From NCBI GenBank assembly GCA_965197465.1, contig OZ240209.1, positions 4,288,958-4,352,957 on the forward strand: a stretch of DNA of 64,000 nt, given 5' to 3'. The notes beneath the pieces were generated by a model. That model saw only the letters and a list, made by a program, of their open reading frames with translations, made no database searches and was not told where the DNA came from. Within the stretch, counting starts at the first letter, position 1. Every line of letters begins with the position of its first letter. Origin of the DNA: Candidatus Poribacteria bacterium. GTDB lineage: Bacteria; Poribacteria; WGA-4E; JAJDTR01. Shown one piece after another: positions 31,619 to 41,874 of the stretch. Made by a program: the position numbers and the translations under genes.

Positions 31619-33982
31619 ATGTCAGAAAATCCTCAACGAAAGTGGTGTCGTCGGATAAACCGGCGATGCCTGATATTTCTTGTCTTATTGTTGAGCATGG
31701 TCGTAACCAATTTCGCTCTTGCCGAAACGGATGGGAAGCTTCCGCCTGTGCCGGACGCTTGGTGGATTACGCTAATCGGTTCGATTGTTGCTTTGGTGTT
31801 TGCGTTCGCTTTTTACAAATCCGTCATGAAGCAGAGTGAGGGAACGGACGTCATGCGTGAGATTGCGCAGGCAGTACGCGACGGGGCGATGGCTTACCTA
31901 CGACAGCAATATAGAGTGGTGACAATCGTCTTTATCGTGCTGTGTGTCATTTTCCTCATCATGGCTTTTGGGCTGAACGCGCAAAACAAGGTCGTCCCGT
32001 TTGCGTTCCTGACGGGAGGATTTTTCTCGGGGCTTTGCGGATTTCTGGGAATGAAGACTGCCACTAACGCGTCTGCCCGCACAACGTGTGCCGCAATGGA
32101 CGGACTCAACGCGGGGCTGCGAGTCGCTTTTCGCGCGGGCGCCGTGATGGGATTGGTGGTCGTCGGTTTTGCTCTATTGGACATCGCGGGCTGGTTTCTA
32201 ATCCTCTACTATCTGTTCCCAAAGATTTTCCCGGGTTTCTTGGGAGACAACCCTCTACCTCAAATCACCGTAATCATGTTGAGTTTCGGTATGGGGGCTT
32301 CAACCCAAGCGCTCTTCGCTCGCGTGGGCGGCGGAATCTACACCAAGGCGGCGGATGTGGGCGCCGATCTGGTAGGCAAGGTGGAGGCGGGCATTCCCGA
32401 GGACGATCCGCGTAACCCTGCGGTCATCGCGGACAACGTTGGCGACAACGTGGGTGATGTCGCGGGCATGGGAGCGGATCTCTACGAATCTTATGCCGGT
32501 TCAATCCTGGCTACCGCCGCACTCGGCGTCGCTGCCGTAGCCGCCAAAGATCACGCTAACATCGCGCTTCAGTTGAAGTACCTATCGGCGCCGATGATAC
32601 TGGCGGGTATCGGCGTGATTCTGTCCGTGTTGGGAATCTACATGGTGCGCACCAAAGAAGGCGCGAGTATGAAGCAGTTGATGGGGGCGCTCAATCTGGG
32701 TATCAACGGTAGCGCAGTTGGGATTGCTATACTGGCAATCCCGGTGCTGATGTATTTGGACCTGCCGAACAAATGGCAAATTTGGGGCGCGATTGTGGCA
32801 GGTTTGTCCGCGGGCTTGATTATCGGTAAAGTTACCGAAGTCTACACATCCCACGACTACAGTCCGACGCAAGCCATTGCCAAGCAAGCAGAAACTGGCC
32901 CAGCGACAGTAATTATTGAGGGAATCGCCGTGGGTATGCAGTCAACTGCCATCCCCGTGATAACGATCATTGCCGCGGTCGCTGTCAGTTTTTATCTGCC
33001 GGGCGGCGCCGATGACACGCTAATGGGATTGTACGGCGTTGGCATTGCCGCGGTCGGTATGCTCGCAACACTCGGAATTACGCTTGCAACCGATGCCTAC
33101 GGACCGATTGCCGACAATGCGGGGGGCAACGCCGAGATGGCTGATCTCGACCCAGCCGTCCGTCAGCGGACAGATCAGTTGGATTCGCTCGGCAACACGA
33201 CTGCCGCAACCGGTAAGGGGTTTGCCATCGGTTCCGCTGCGCTGACCGCACTTGCTCTCCTCGCCGCCTACTTAGAGGAGATTCGGTACGGCTTGGTGCA
33301 CCTTGCAGGTAAAACGCACCTCGACATCCCTGGCGTCGGCTCAGTAGATACTTTAGAGGTGAGTATTTCTCAGTTCATGACTTACTACGACGTGACGTTG
33401 ATGAACCCTCAAGTCTTGATTGGCTTGTTTATCGGGGCAGTTATGGCGTTTTTCTTCTGCGCGTTGACCATGAAGGCTGTTGGGCGCGCCGCAGGAGCCA
33501 TGGTGCAGGAGGTGCGTCGACAGTTTCATGAAAATCCCGGAATCATGAAGGGCGAAGTAAAGCCCGACTATGCCACATGTGTGGCAATCTCCACAACTGG
33601 CGCACAGAAAGAGATGATCTTCCCGTCACTCATCGCGATTATCGTGCCTGTGGCGGTGGGGCTTGTCTTCAACGTCGCGGGAGTTCTCGGTCTACTCGCC
33701 GGCGGGCTTACGACCGGATTTGTCCTCGCGGTGATGATGGCGAACGCAGGCGGCGCCTGGGATAACGCCAAGAAATATATTGAGCAAGGCGCATATGGCG
33801 GCAAAGGCTCCGAAAACCACAAAGCCACCGTGGTCGGCGACACTGTCGGCGATCCGTTCAAAGACACCTCCGGTCCTTCGCTGAATATCCTGATTAAACT
33901 GATGTCCATGGTTTCCGTCGTATTTGCCGGGTTAATCGCCAAGTACGGTACGGTAATCGGCGATTTGTTGGGGATGAGCTAG
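31619..33982 (+). CDS. hppA: Membrane-bound K+-dependent ion-translocating pyrophosphatase
   Basis: GGGIYTKAADVGADLVGKVE, DNVGDNVGD, GNTTAA (K+-dependent Ala) and GDTVGDPFKDTSGP. Confidence 0.96.
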   Translation: MSENPQRKWCRRINRRCLIFLVLLLSMVVTNFALAETDGKLPPVPDAWWITLIGSIVALVFAFAFYKSVMKQSEGTDVMREIAQAVRDGAMAYLRQQYRVVTIVFIVLCVIFLIMAFGLNAQNKVVPFAFLTGGFFSGLCGFLGMKTATNASARTTCAAMDGLNAGLRVAFRAGAVMGLVVVGFALLDIAGWFLILYYLFPKIFPGFLGDNPLPQITVIMLSFGMGASTQALFARVGGGIYTKAADVGADLVGKVEAGIPEDDPRNPAVIADNVGDNVGDVAGMGADLYESYAGSILATAALGVAAVAAKDHANIALQLKYLSAPMILAGIGVILSVLGIYMVRTKEGASMKQLMGALNLGINGSAVGIAILAIPVLMYLDLPNKWQIWGAIVAGLSAGLIIGKVTEVYTSHDYSPTQAIAKQAETGPATVIIEGIAVGMQSTAIPVITIIAAVAVSFYLPGGADDTLMGLYGVGIAAVGMLATLGITLATDAYGPIADNAGGNAEMADLDPAVRQRTDQLDSLGNTTAATGKGFAIGSAALTALALLAAYLEEIRYGLVHLAGKTHLDIPGVGSVDTLEVSISQFMTYYDVTLMNPQVLIGLFIGAVMAFFFCALTMKAVGRAAGAMVQEVRRQFHENPGIMKGEVKPDYATCVAISTTGAQKEMIFPSLIAIIVPVAVGLVFNVAGVLGLLAGGLTTGFVLAVMMANAGGAWDNAKKYIEQGAYGGKGSENHKATVVGDTVGDPFKDTSGPSLNILIKLMSMVSVVFAGLIAKYGTVIGDLLGMS

Positions 33983-34301
33983 TCAGCCGGACACTTGGAA
34001 TCGACACCTCTTCGTGTTATCGCGGCAATTTCCGTTCAGATGTGCCGATTCCAAGTTTCCGTATGAAACAGTTTTCCAATTGTTCAGGATTGTGTCAGGA
34101 CATACGCAGTTGAACACCCGGTAGGAGCGATCTCCGAATCGCGACTTTAATTCACCCCAGTGACACATTGACATTATAGAGAAATGGATTGGTTGCCGGA
34201 AGTACGCAAGTCATACCACTTTTGGGCAAATAGCGCAAGAACCGCCGGACAAATTGCCATGCGGTTGAATCCGCATGAATCTGCTCCACCAATAGGAAAA
34301 A

Positions 34302-35990
34302 GTGAACATCATGTCAAGTAAACTCAAACGCCAAAGCTATGTAATCACCGACGGCCCGGATAGAGCGGCCGCACGAGCAATGCTAATGTTCGGAGATGGC
34401 GGATTGTCTCCGGAAGATTTGGACCGTCCAATTATCGGCGTTGCCAATACGTGGATTGAAATTGGTCCGTGCAATTTCCATCTCCGGCGGCTCGCGGCGA
34501 AGGTTAAAGAGGGCATTCGAGCCGCGGGCGGAACACCGCTGGAGTTTAACACCGTCAGCATTTCGGATGGCATCACGATGGGGAGCGAGGGGATGAAGGC
34601 ATCGCTGGTCAGCCGCGAGATTGTCGCGGATTCCATTGAGCTAGTGACGCGCGGGAACATGTTCGACGGCGTTGTTGCCCTCTCCGGATGCGACAAGACC
34701 GTGCCCGGCACCGTCATGGCGCTGGTGCGTCTTGATATTCCGTCGCTGGTAATCTACGGCGGCTCCATCATGCCCGGCAGGTTTCAGGGACAGGATGTCA
34801 CAATCCAAGACGTGTTCGAGGCGGTGGGCAAACATGCCAACGGCACGATAACCGTTGAAGAACTGGACGACCTCGTCAGTAAGGGCTGCCCGGGTCCGGG
34901 AGCCTGCGGAGGACAATTCACCGCCAACACGATGGCGACGGCAATCGAAGTGCTCGGCATTGCGCCAATGGGGAGTGGAAGCGTCCCGGCAACGCACCCG
35001 GACAAAGACCAAGTCGCGTTCGAGGCGGGGAAACTTGTCATGGATATGCTGGAACATGATCGCCGACCAAGCCAAATCATCACGCGCAAGTCGCTTGAGA
35101 ATGCGGTGGCTTCGATAGCTACGACGGGCGGGTCAACCAACGGCGTGCTTCACCTGCTCGCGATTGCGAACGAGGCGAATATTCCATTCGAGATTGACGA
35201 TTTTCAGGAAATCAATTCCCGCACGCCGACTTTTGTCGACCTCAAGCCCGGAGGGCGTTTCGTTGCCGCCGATTTGCATCAGGCGGGCGGCATTCCCTTG
35301 GTAGCTCAGAGGCTGCTTGAGGCAGGACTTCTGCACGCCGATGAACTGACGGTGACTGGGGACACCATCGGCGAAGAGGCGTCAAGAGCGCTGGAAACGG
35401 ACGGGCAAGATGTTGTTCGCCCAATATCGGATGCGATCAAGCCAACGGGCGGGCTTGTCATCCTGCGCGGCAACTTGGCGCCGGACGGTTGTGTCATAAA
35501 GGTCGCCGCCAGCAAAAGAACGGTTCACCGAGGACCTGTCCGCGTTTTCGAACGTGAGGAGGACACGTTTGCCGCAATTAAGGGTGGACAAATCAACCCC
35601 GGCGATGTGGTCGCTATCCGCTATGAAGGACCAGCGGGCGGTCCCGGTATGCGCGAGATGCTTGGCATCACTGCCGCAATCGTCGGCGCCGGGCTTGGCG
35701 AGTCGGTGGCGCTCTTGACCGACGGAAGATTTTCGGGCGCCACACGCGGTTTTATGGTTGGTCACGTTGCTCCCGAAGCTGCGCGAGGCGGACCGATTGC
35801 GGCACTGCGGGATGGCGATATCGTCGTGATTGATGTAGAGAATCGCCGAATAGACGTGGAACTGTCGAAGGATGAGTTGCGTGCGCGACTCGACGCATGG
35901 ACGGCGCCGGAATCGCGCTACACGCGCGGCGTGTTTGCAAAGTATGCCAAGAGCGTTTCTTCGGCATCGGAAGGTGCGGTTACGGGGTAA
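34302..35990 (+). CDS. ilvD: Dihydroxy-acid dehydratase
   Basis: PCNFHL, SDGITMG, GCDKT, CGGQFTANTM, GGSTN, GGPGMREM and TDGRFSG. Confidence 0.97.
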   Translation: MNIMSSKLKRQSYVITDGPDRAAARAMLMFGDGGLSPEDLDRPIIGVANTWIEIGPCNFHLRRLAAKVKEGIRAAGGTPLEFNTVSISDGITMGSEGMKASLVSREIVADSIELVTRGNMFDGVVALSGCDKTVPGTVMALVRLDIPSLVIYGGSIMPGRFQGQDVTIQDVFEAVGKHANGTITVEELDDLVSKGCPGPGACGGQFTANTMATAIEVLGIAPMGSGSVPATHPDKDQVAFEAGKLVMDMLEHDRRPSQIITRKSLENAVASIATTGGSTNGVLHLLAIANEANIPFEIDDFQEINSRTPTFVDLKPGGRFVAADLHQAGGIPLVAQRLLEAGLLHADELTVTGDTIGEEASRALETDGQDVVRPISDAIKPTGGLVILRGNLAPDGCVIKVAASKRTVHRGPVRVFEREEDTFAAIKGGQINPGDVVAIRYEGPAGGPGMREMLGITAAIVGAGLGESVALLTDGRFSGATRGFMVGHVAPEAARGGPIAALRDGDIVVIDVENRRIDVELSKDELRARLDAWTAPESRYTRGVFAKYAKSVSSASEGAVTG

Positions 35991-36331
35991 GTTCAGTCAT
36001 CAACTACGTCAGGGAGTGGAAGGGGTTCTTCCATCCTTCCACTCCTACTCTCTAGCCGCTCTTGGCTATAGAAATTCAAATAGCCTCTCATTTGACGCGA
36101 AGCCGTGTTCACCGAGTCCGAGTCGTTGAGACAATTCTCCCCAAATTTGACACTCTGTCTCTGCCGTCCCGAACGATGGCTATATTGACCGCTTCAAGAA
36201 GGGGACAGCCAGCGATTTGATGATTAAGCTAGGCTTCATGGCAGACTATGCCATAAAAACCGGGTATTCAAACGGGGTTCCAAGGTTTTTTTCCGCAATC
36301 ACGACTGTCATCACGCAGAGTGAAAAGCAAA

Positions 36332-37084
36332 TCATCGTCGCGGTGAACTCTTTATTTCTCCCCAAGTGGTAGTCAGACGAGGACGGCCAATGTTGGGAAT
36401 TTTCGGCCCCGTTATCGTGACCCCATCAAGGTGAACAATAATCCCATCACCATGTACGCGAAATCTCACAGTGCCTGGACGTGCCGTTTCTCTATCTTTA
36501 TACCGGGTTACGAGGTTGTCATTGAAATAGAACTCAAATGAGTGCATCTTGGCCACGATTTTGATTGGGAGCCACTGATTTGTTTCTATCGGGAGTCTGA
36601 AACGTTCAAATCGGACAAACCCGATCCAGCAATCGGCTTCTGGTGACGTAGAAAACACCTGTATTTCTTGGAAGCGTGGATCCACCCGCATCGCTTGATA
36701 AGCAGCCACCCTGCAAGAAAAATTTTCGTTCATTCGCACCTTTCGTTCTTTGCCTTTTCGAACATCTACGCCAAAATGTACGGGCGATCCCTCCTGCCGA
36801 ACTTCCGAGAATCTAATTAGACAGGTCAGAGTATAAGAATTCCACTAATCCGCATTGCCTGTTTTTAATTCCAAGGTTGCTGACCCTATCCCTCGCTCAC
36901 ACACTGTGTCCATGACTAGATATCCATCTTCAATCCTTAGAAGATCTGGGAAAGGGGGACCAGGAGCTAGAGAGATATCCCATCCATCAAGATTTCCATC
37001 ACTAAAATCTTCCAGAAACGTACCGGAATACACAGCGATGACAGGCGATACGGCGATTAGCAAAACTATCATTAACCATCTCAT
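36332..37084 (-). pseudogene. Secreted beta-sandwich (DUF1080/LamG-like) protein with TTWG tail, interrupted by one in-frame TAG
   Basis: ORFs 36845-37084 and 36332-36844 share a frame (TGNAD*WNSYTLTCLIRF); the intact paralogue at 38557-39318 reads TGDWENWDSYTLTCRIRF. Confidence 0.85.
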
Positions 37085-37188
37085 GAAAATTCCCTCCAAT
37101 TTAAGAAAGTGGTTTTTTCGCTCTCGCTTGAACTCATGAATAACTAGCGAAATGTGTTTTGTTAAGACAGATCGTCGGTCATGACGTC

Positions 37189-37590
37189 TTACTGACCACT
37201 CGCCACTTGCCACTTGCCACTGATTACTGCTTCTCTTGACATCGAAGGCAATCTATTCTGAAACGGCGGGACTTCCTGAATCTTAAACGCGACGGCGTCT
37301 GGCACTAACAACGAACTTCGAAACTGTACGCGCGGCTCAGTTTCCACTGTTACCAAAACTCCATCGGCATCGCGGTAACTCAAGCGGTTGCCAACTGCCG
37401 TTGGATAATAGGTAGTGGATATAGGTACGGCTTCATTGCGCTTCTCGTCTCCTACGGTCTCAACCATAGGCTTGTCCACGGATTCCTCTCCGCCACACCC
37501 GCAAATCAATAGAACGCCAAGAAGAAACGCAACTCCTCTAGTTCTGCTCCTCCGAGGGAATTGTCGCTTAAAAAAACAACGTATGGACAT
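37189..37590 (-). pseudogene. Probably truncated lipoprotein ending in a heptamer repeat tract
   Basis: Lipobox LICGC and TYYPTAVGN motif; the ORF ends in AGTGGCA heptamer repeats (37190-37222). Confidence 0.5.
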
Positions 37591-37638
37591 ATTTGCCTCC
37601 TTACAGGAAGTGCCAGTGATTTAAGACTGAGCGAAATG

Positions 37639-38505
37639 CTACAGTGCAACCGATTTGGCACATCGAAAACCGGTGAGAACGGTTCTAGCCCCTGGTTTTG
37701 CTCCGCCCCGTTTACTGGTGCGCAGATACTCGTCCCCGTTGCTCCACGACCCACCTCGCACGACCCGGTAGGTCACTGTGTGGATAAAATTTTTCATGAC
37801 CAATCTCATGTCGTCACCCGCAAGCGGGTTCTTTCGATAGGGACCTCTATGATAGACATCAGGTTGATACTGATCCAAGCACCATTCCCATACATTGCCT
37901 ACCATATCATATAGGCCGGAGCCATTGGGCGGATAGCTCCCAACATCAGTGGGCTTCTGTGCATGAATACCTCCATGGTTCAACTTCGTTTCGTCGGGGC
38001 GGGCATCTCCGCATGGGTATGTCTTCCCACTCAAACCGCCGCGAGCGGCTTTTTCCCATTCCGCTTCGGTAGGCAATCTATTGCCTGCCCATCTGCAATA
38101 AGTCATTGCATCATGCCAAGAAACACCTACAACCGGCTGATTTGGTTCATTAAGATCCGGGTTATCCCAATAGGAAGGGGGATGGTACCCGGTTGCCTCA
38201 AGGAATTTTTTGTACCGGGCATTCGTCACTTCATAGATATCCATGTAAAACGCATCCAGGTAGACGGTGTGAACCGGTGCCTCATCAGCTTTCCCCTTGT
38301 CGCTTCCCATCTGAAATTCGCCGGCAGGAATCAGCACCATCGGTGTGCCGTCTTTACCGGTGATGCGTTTTGGAATCTTCTCCTGCGCTGATTCGCTCGG
38401 AGGCGCTGACATCTCATCGGAATTGATCGCCATCGTCAGGAAAATTAAGAAAAACAGAAAAAGCAATGAACACAAAGAAATGGCTATGAGACTAGTGTCT
38501 TTCAT
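37639..38505 (-). CDS. Formylglycine-generating enzyme (FGE-sulfatase/SUMF1) domain protein
   Basis: IPAGEFQMGS, RLPTEAEWEKAARGG, GLYDMVGNVWEW, RGGSW and GFRC motifs. Confidence 0.92.
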   Translation of the reverse strand: MKDTSLIAISLCSLLFLFFLIFLTMAINSDEMSAPPSESAQEKIPKRITGKDGTPMVLIPAGEFQMGSDKGKADEAPVHTVYLDAFYMDIYEVTNARYKKFLEATGYHPPSYWDNPDLNEPNQPVVGVSWHDAMTYCRWAGNRLPTEAEWEKAARGGLSGKTYPCGDARPDETKLNHGGIHAQKPTDVGSYPPNGSGLYDMVGNVWEWCLDQYQPDVYHRGPYRKNPLAGDDMRLVMKNFIHTVTYRVVRGGSWSNGDEYLRTSKRGGAKPGARTVLTGFRCAKSVAL

Positions 38506-38556
38506 GGTAAACACCCTTCATAATCACCACCGCCATCTTGAAGAGAAAAGAACAAA

Positions 38557-39318
38557 TCATCTTCGTGACGAATTCTTTATGTCGCCCCAAGTAGTGGCTA
38601 TATTCGTTTCATGATTAACGCTATGAGGAACGCCTACTCCCGTAATGGTAACGTCATCAAGATGAACAACGAGCCCACTGAGTGTCAGAAAACTCACGGT
38701 TCCCGGCACCGCGGTTTCGTCTTCGTATCGAGTTACCAAATTGCCATCGTAATGATACTCGAAGAAGTTCTTCTCAGCCACGATTTCGATTGGGATCCAT
38801 TGGTTCAGTTCTATCGGACGTCGGAGATGTTGGCGCTCAAGCGTTTCACGGTGAATCCGTCCTTTTATCCCTGCGGGCTCGTCCTCGGCATTGGGTGGGA
38901 TAGTGTAAACTTGTACACGTTGAGCCGCCGGATCAATCAGCATGTATCGCACAGTAACCACGCCACAACACCCCTCGCCTCTCCGATCCCAAACATAAAA
39001 CTCTCCGGTTTTCTGCCGCGGAAATTCATCAAACCTGATTCGACAAGTCAGGGTATAAGAATCCCAGTTCTCCCAGTCGCCCGTTCTTACTTCCATGTGC
39101 ACATTCGCTCTACGAATGTGCAATGCGTTTGCTGGTGCTGCGTCCATCACTAAGAGTCCGTTTTTCACCCTCACACGATCCGGGAAAACAGGTTTCGGAA
39201 ATCCAGACACACGCCATCCATCAAGGTCGCTATCACTGAAATCATCCCTAAATGTACCGGAATATGCGGCGAAGACAGGCGGTAATGTGATTAGCAAAGC
39301 TATCACAAACCATCTCAT
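38557..39318 (-). CDS. Secreted beta-sandwich protein with C-terminal TTWGDIK motif
   Basis: Signal peptide, GTFRDDFSD start, HLDDVTITG...ATTWGDIK end. Confidence 0.8.
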   Translation of the reverse strand: MRWFVIALLITLPPVFAAYSGTFRDDFSDSDLDGWRVSGFPKPVFPDRVRVKNGLLVMDAAPANALHIRRANVHMEVRTGDWENWDSYTLTCRIRFDEFPRQKTGEFYVWDRRGEGCCGVVTVRYMLIDPAAQRVQVYTIPPNAEDEPAGIKGRIHRETLERQHLRRPIELNQWIPIEIVAEKNFFEYHYDGNLVTRYEDETAVPGTVSFLTLSGLVVHLDDVTITGVGVPHSVNHETNIATTWGDIKNSSRR

Positions 39319-39549
39319 GGGGATTCATCCATAGTGGGAAATAGCTCTTTTGTTGTCGTTTGAACTCTCGGACGAAGTGCAAGATCGATTCTGTCAAGAC
39401 AGGTCTTCGTTGGCTGGGGTACAGCAATTGCCTTCATGAGAAGGCAACCAATCATGTCTTCCAGCATAGATGTAAAAGCGATCCCATCCTCATCGGGCAA
39501 CCGACCGGGAAAGACAGCCTGACCCCATAGAATACCATCACTGCATGTC

Positions 39550-39671
39550 GGATAAGCGAATAGATCAAATGAGCGATCAACCGAACGAATAGTGAGGGCG
39601 ATAGTAGATCCCATAGTGAATGCGATAGCGATCCCTGACAGCGAGTGTGATAGAACTTTAATGTAACTCCC
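39550..39671 (+). mobile_element. Three-level nest of mini-elements
   Basis: GATCAAATGAGC[GATCAACCGAACGAATAGTGAGGGCGATAGTAGATCCC]ATAGTGAATGCGATAGCGATCCC within a third degenerate copy. Confidence 0.85.
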
Positions 39672-39887
39672 AGTGCGGTAGGAATCCCGACAAGCTACAT
39701 CGTATCAGAAATTGCTCGCACTGCTTCGGATGCACTAGGGTGGGTGAAATGCCTGTTCTGGTCTGCAGAGGCAGATGCGACTTTTTCGATGGTCAACCAA
39801 AAAGACCAGACGATTAAAATCTCACCTGCCATCCTTCGACTCTTCTCTGACATCGTCCGTCATCCGCTTAAATGTACAAAGTCGGTC

Positions 39888-40859
39888 TTAAGGAAAGGAG
39901 GTATGAGCCCGGTTTTTAATGCTTCCCCAAATAGACCTTAACTTACCTCTAGGCTCCACCGTCCTAGCAAAGCGAAGATCGAACCAGTTTGGTTCGCTGT
40001 CGGTCGCCGGATTGTCCGTCAGCCTAGTTTGTTTCCCCCCAACGGCACGCACGACGTAGATTTCAAAGTTCCCGTCCCGCCTAGAGACAAAGGTAATCTT
40101 TTCACCGTCAGGCGACCAGGCTGGATAGTCGTCCACCAGTTTGTTGCTTGTTAGCCTACGTGGGTGTTCTCCATCGGCATCCATGACATAGATTTCTTTG
40201 TTCCCATCACGAGTGGATGCGAAGGCAATCTTTTGACCGCCAGGAGACCACGCTGGATTCGAGTCAAATGCTCTAATTTTATTGTTTGTCAATTTCTGTT
40301 GATTGTTCCCATCGGCGTCCATGACAAAGACTGTGGGGCGCCCGCGCCACGTGGCGTGATAGCCAATTTTTTGACTGTCAGGAGACCATGTCGGAGCGGT
40401 AGCCCACCCTTTGACTGTTAACCTGCGCTGATTGTTCCCGTCGGTATCCATGACGTAGATTTCATTGTTCTCATCTCGACGGGAGTAGAAGGCGATTTTT
40501 CTGCCGTCAGGCGACCACGCAGGACTGGCGTCGGTCGCTTCATTGTTTGTCAACCTGCGTTGATTGTTCCCATCGGCGTCCATGACGTAGATTTCTTTGT
40601 TCCCATCCCGTTTGGAGACGAAAGCAATCTTTTGACCGCTGGCAGACCAAGTTGGCTGCTCGTCGGATGCTCCATTGTTTGTCAATCTGCGTTGATTGTT
40701 CCCGTCGGCGTCCATGACGTAAATCTCATTGTTCCCATCTCGATCGGAATGGAATACAATCTGCCCCGATTCAGACTCTTGCGCGGATGGATTTGTCAAT
40801 ATCACAACACCGCTCAATAGCAGGACAGACGCTAACATCGTAGATACGAATTTCCTCAT
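39888..40859 (-). CDS. Secreted TolB-like PD40-repeat propeller with VEPRGKLxSxWGxIK tail
   Basis: Repeats of IAFxSxRDGNxEIYVMDADG..RLT..PAWSPDG; GGAGG RBS. Confidence 0.9.
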   Translation of the reverse strand: MRKFVSTMLASVLLLSGVVILTNPSAQESESGQIVFHSDRDGNNEIYVMDADGNNQRRLTNNGASDEQPTWSASGQKIAFVSKRDGNKEIYVMDADGNNQRRLTNNEATDASPAWSPDGRKIAFYSRRDENNEIYVMDTDGNNQRRLTVKGWATAPTWSPDSQKIGYHATWRGRPTVFVMDADGNNQQKLTNNKIRAFDSNPAWSPGGQKIAFASTRDGNKEIYVMDADGEHPRRLTSNKLVDDYPAWSPDGEKITFVSRRDGNFEIYVVRAVGGKQTRLTDNPATDSEPNWFDLRFARTVEPRGKLRSIWGSIKNRAHTSFP

Positions 40860-41076
40860 GCCGAAAACCTCCGGAGTAACCGCACGCCTACTACAACTCG
40901 ACTTTGTACATTTGAGTGTGATACCAGACAGTGTCAATCAGACGTTCGTGAAGAGCGGGTAGGATTTTAATCATCTGGTGTTCTTCGTTGATCACTGAAA
41001 AAGTCCCCAGCAGTTTCTGATTCTACAGAGTCGCGAGTGCAACTCGCTCCTACAGGTTAAGTGTGGGCGGGGCAGA

Positions 41077-41199
41077 GGGAGTTCTATTACACGGGATTTA
41101 CTATCGCTCTCCCTAGGGGATCTCTATCAGGATCTACTATCGCCTTCCTTATCCAGTCAGTTGATCGTTCCCTATTCGGTCACTTGATCTACTTCGATC
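41077..41199 (-). mobile_element. Three- to four-level nest of mini-elements in a GGGCGG..CCGCCC REP
   Basis: Three 5' halves followed by four 3' GATAG-ATCCC-like tails on the minus strand. Confidence 0.8.
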
Positions 41200-41338
41200 C
41201 CGCCCTGCAAATTATCTGTTGGACTACGGTATCAAGTTGTGACACTATGAAAGAATCGTACCAACTGATCTACTGATGCGTCATTGGAGAAAGATACGCC
41301 GGTTTCTTCAAACCCTGCCTAACATCTATGTTTTCTTT

Positions 41339-41737
41339 GTAACTGTTTAGTCTAACGGTTTTTCGAGTGAAGCGGGGCAATCGCTTATGATTATAGCGTG
41401 AATTGGCCAACGTATGTCAGCCTTATTTTTGCAAAGACATTCCCAGCGCTATTATCTACTTTACAAGCTATCGTAGGAATTCACATTCCGCTCCTCTGGA
41501 GCGGGAGAGACAGACACTCCTGGGCTACAAACATGGGGGATCTCTATCGTACGGGATTTACTATCGCACTCACTATTCGTTCGCTTGATCGTTATTCACT
41601 CGCTTGATCCCCGCTGGAGTGCAAGACACGGTCAACACTAAACTATATCAGTCGTTTGATCCCGCGCTGGGGCTTTCTGCAGGAAGTGGTGGGCGGTGCC
41701 CACCCTACAAATGTACAAAGTCGGGCTAAACAGTTAC
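41339..41737. mobile_element. MITE, TIR GTAACTGTTTAG, 8-bp TSD TTTTCTTT, with nested REPs and mini-elements
   Basis: TTTTCTTT at 41331-41338 and 41738-41745 flanks inverted termini. Confidence 0.88.
41537..41609 (-). mobile_element. Mini-element cleanly nested in another copy
   Basis: GATCAAGCGAGTGAATAAC[GATCAAGCGAACGAATAGTGAGTGCGATAGTAAATCCC]GTACGATAGAGATCCC. Confidence 0.88.
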
Positions 41738-41874
41738 TTTTCTTTTATAGTCTCAAATCCACAACATCCCAAGCAGGTTGGTACAAAAATGCGACAGTTG
41801 TTATAAGAGCGAGAGTCGCCGCTGAACCTTAAATTGATGTACGTGCGGTGTCAAATCGTGGACGGAATGAATCC

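Noticed and set aside
36238-36256. Possible third sigma54 promoter (TGGCATAGTCTGC)
   Set aside because: GG-GC spacing is 8 rather than 10 nt and no gene follows on that strand.
37639-37780. FGE/C-type-lectin C-terminus as a diversity-generating retroelement target
   Set aside because: I found no second copy (template repeat) and no reverse transcriptase in the window; a remote DGR cannot be excluded.
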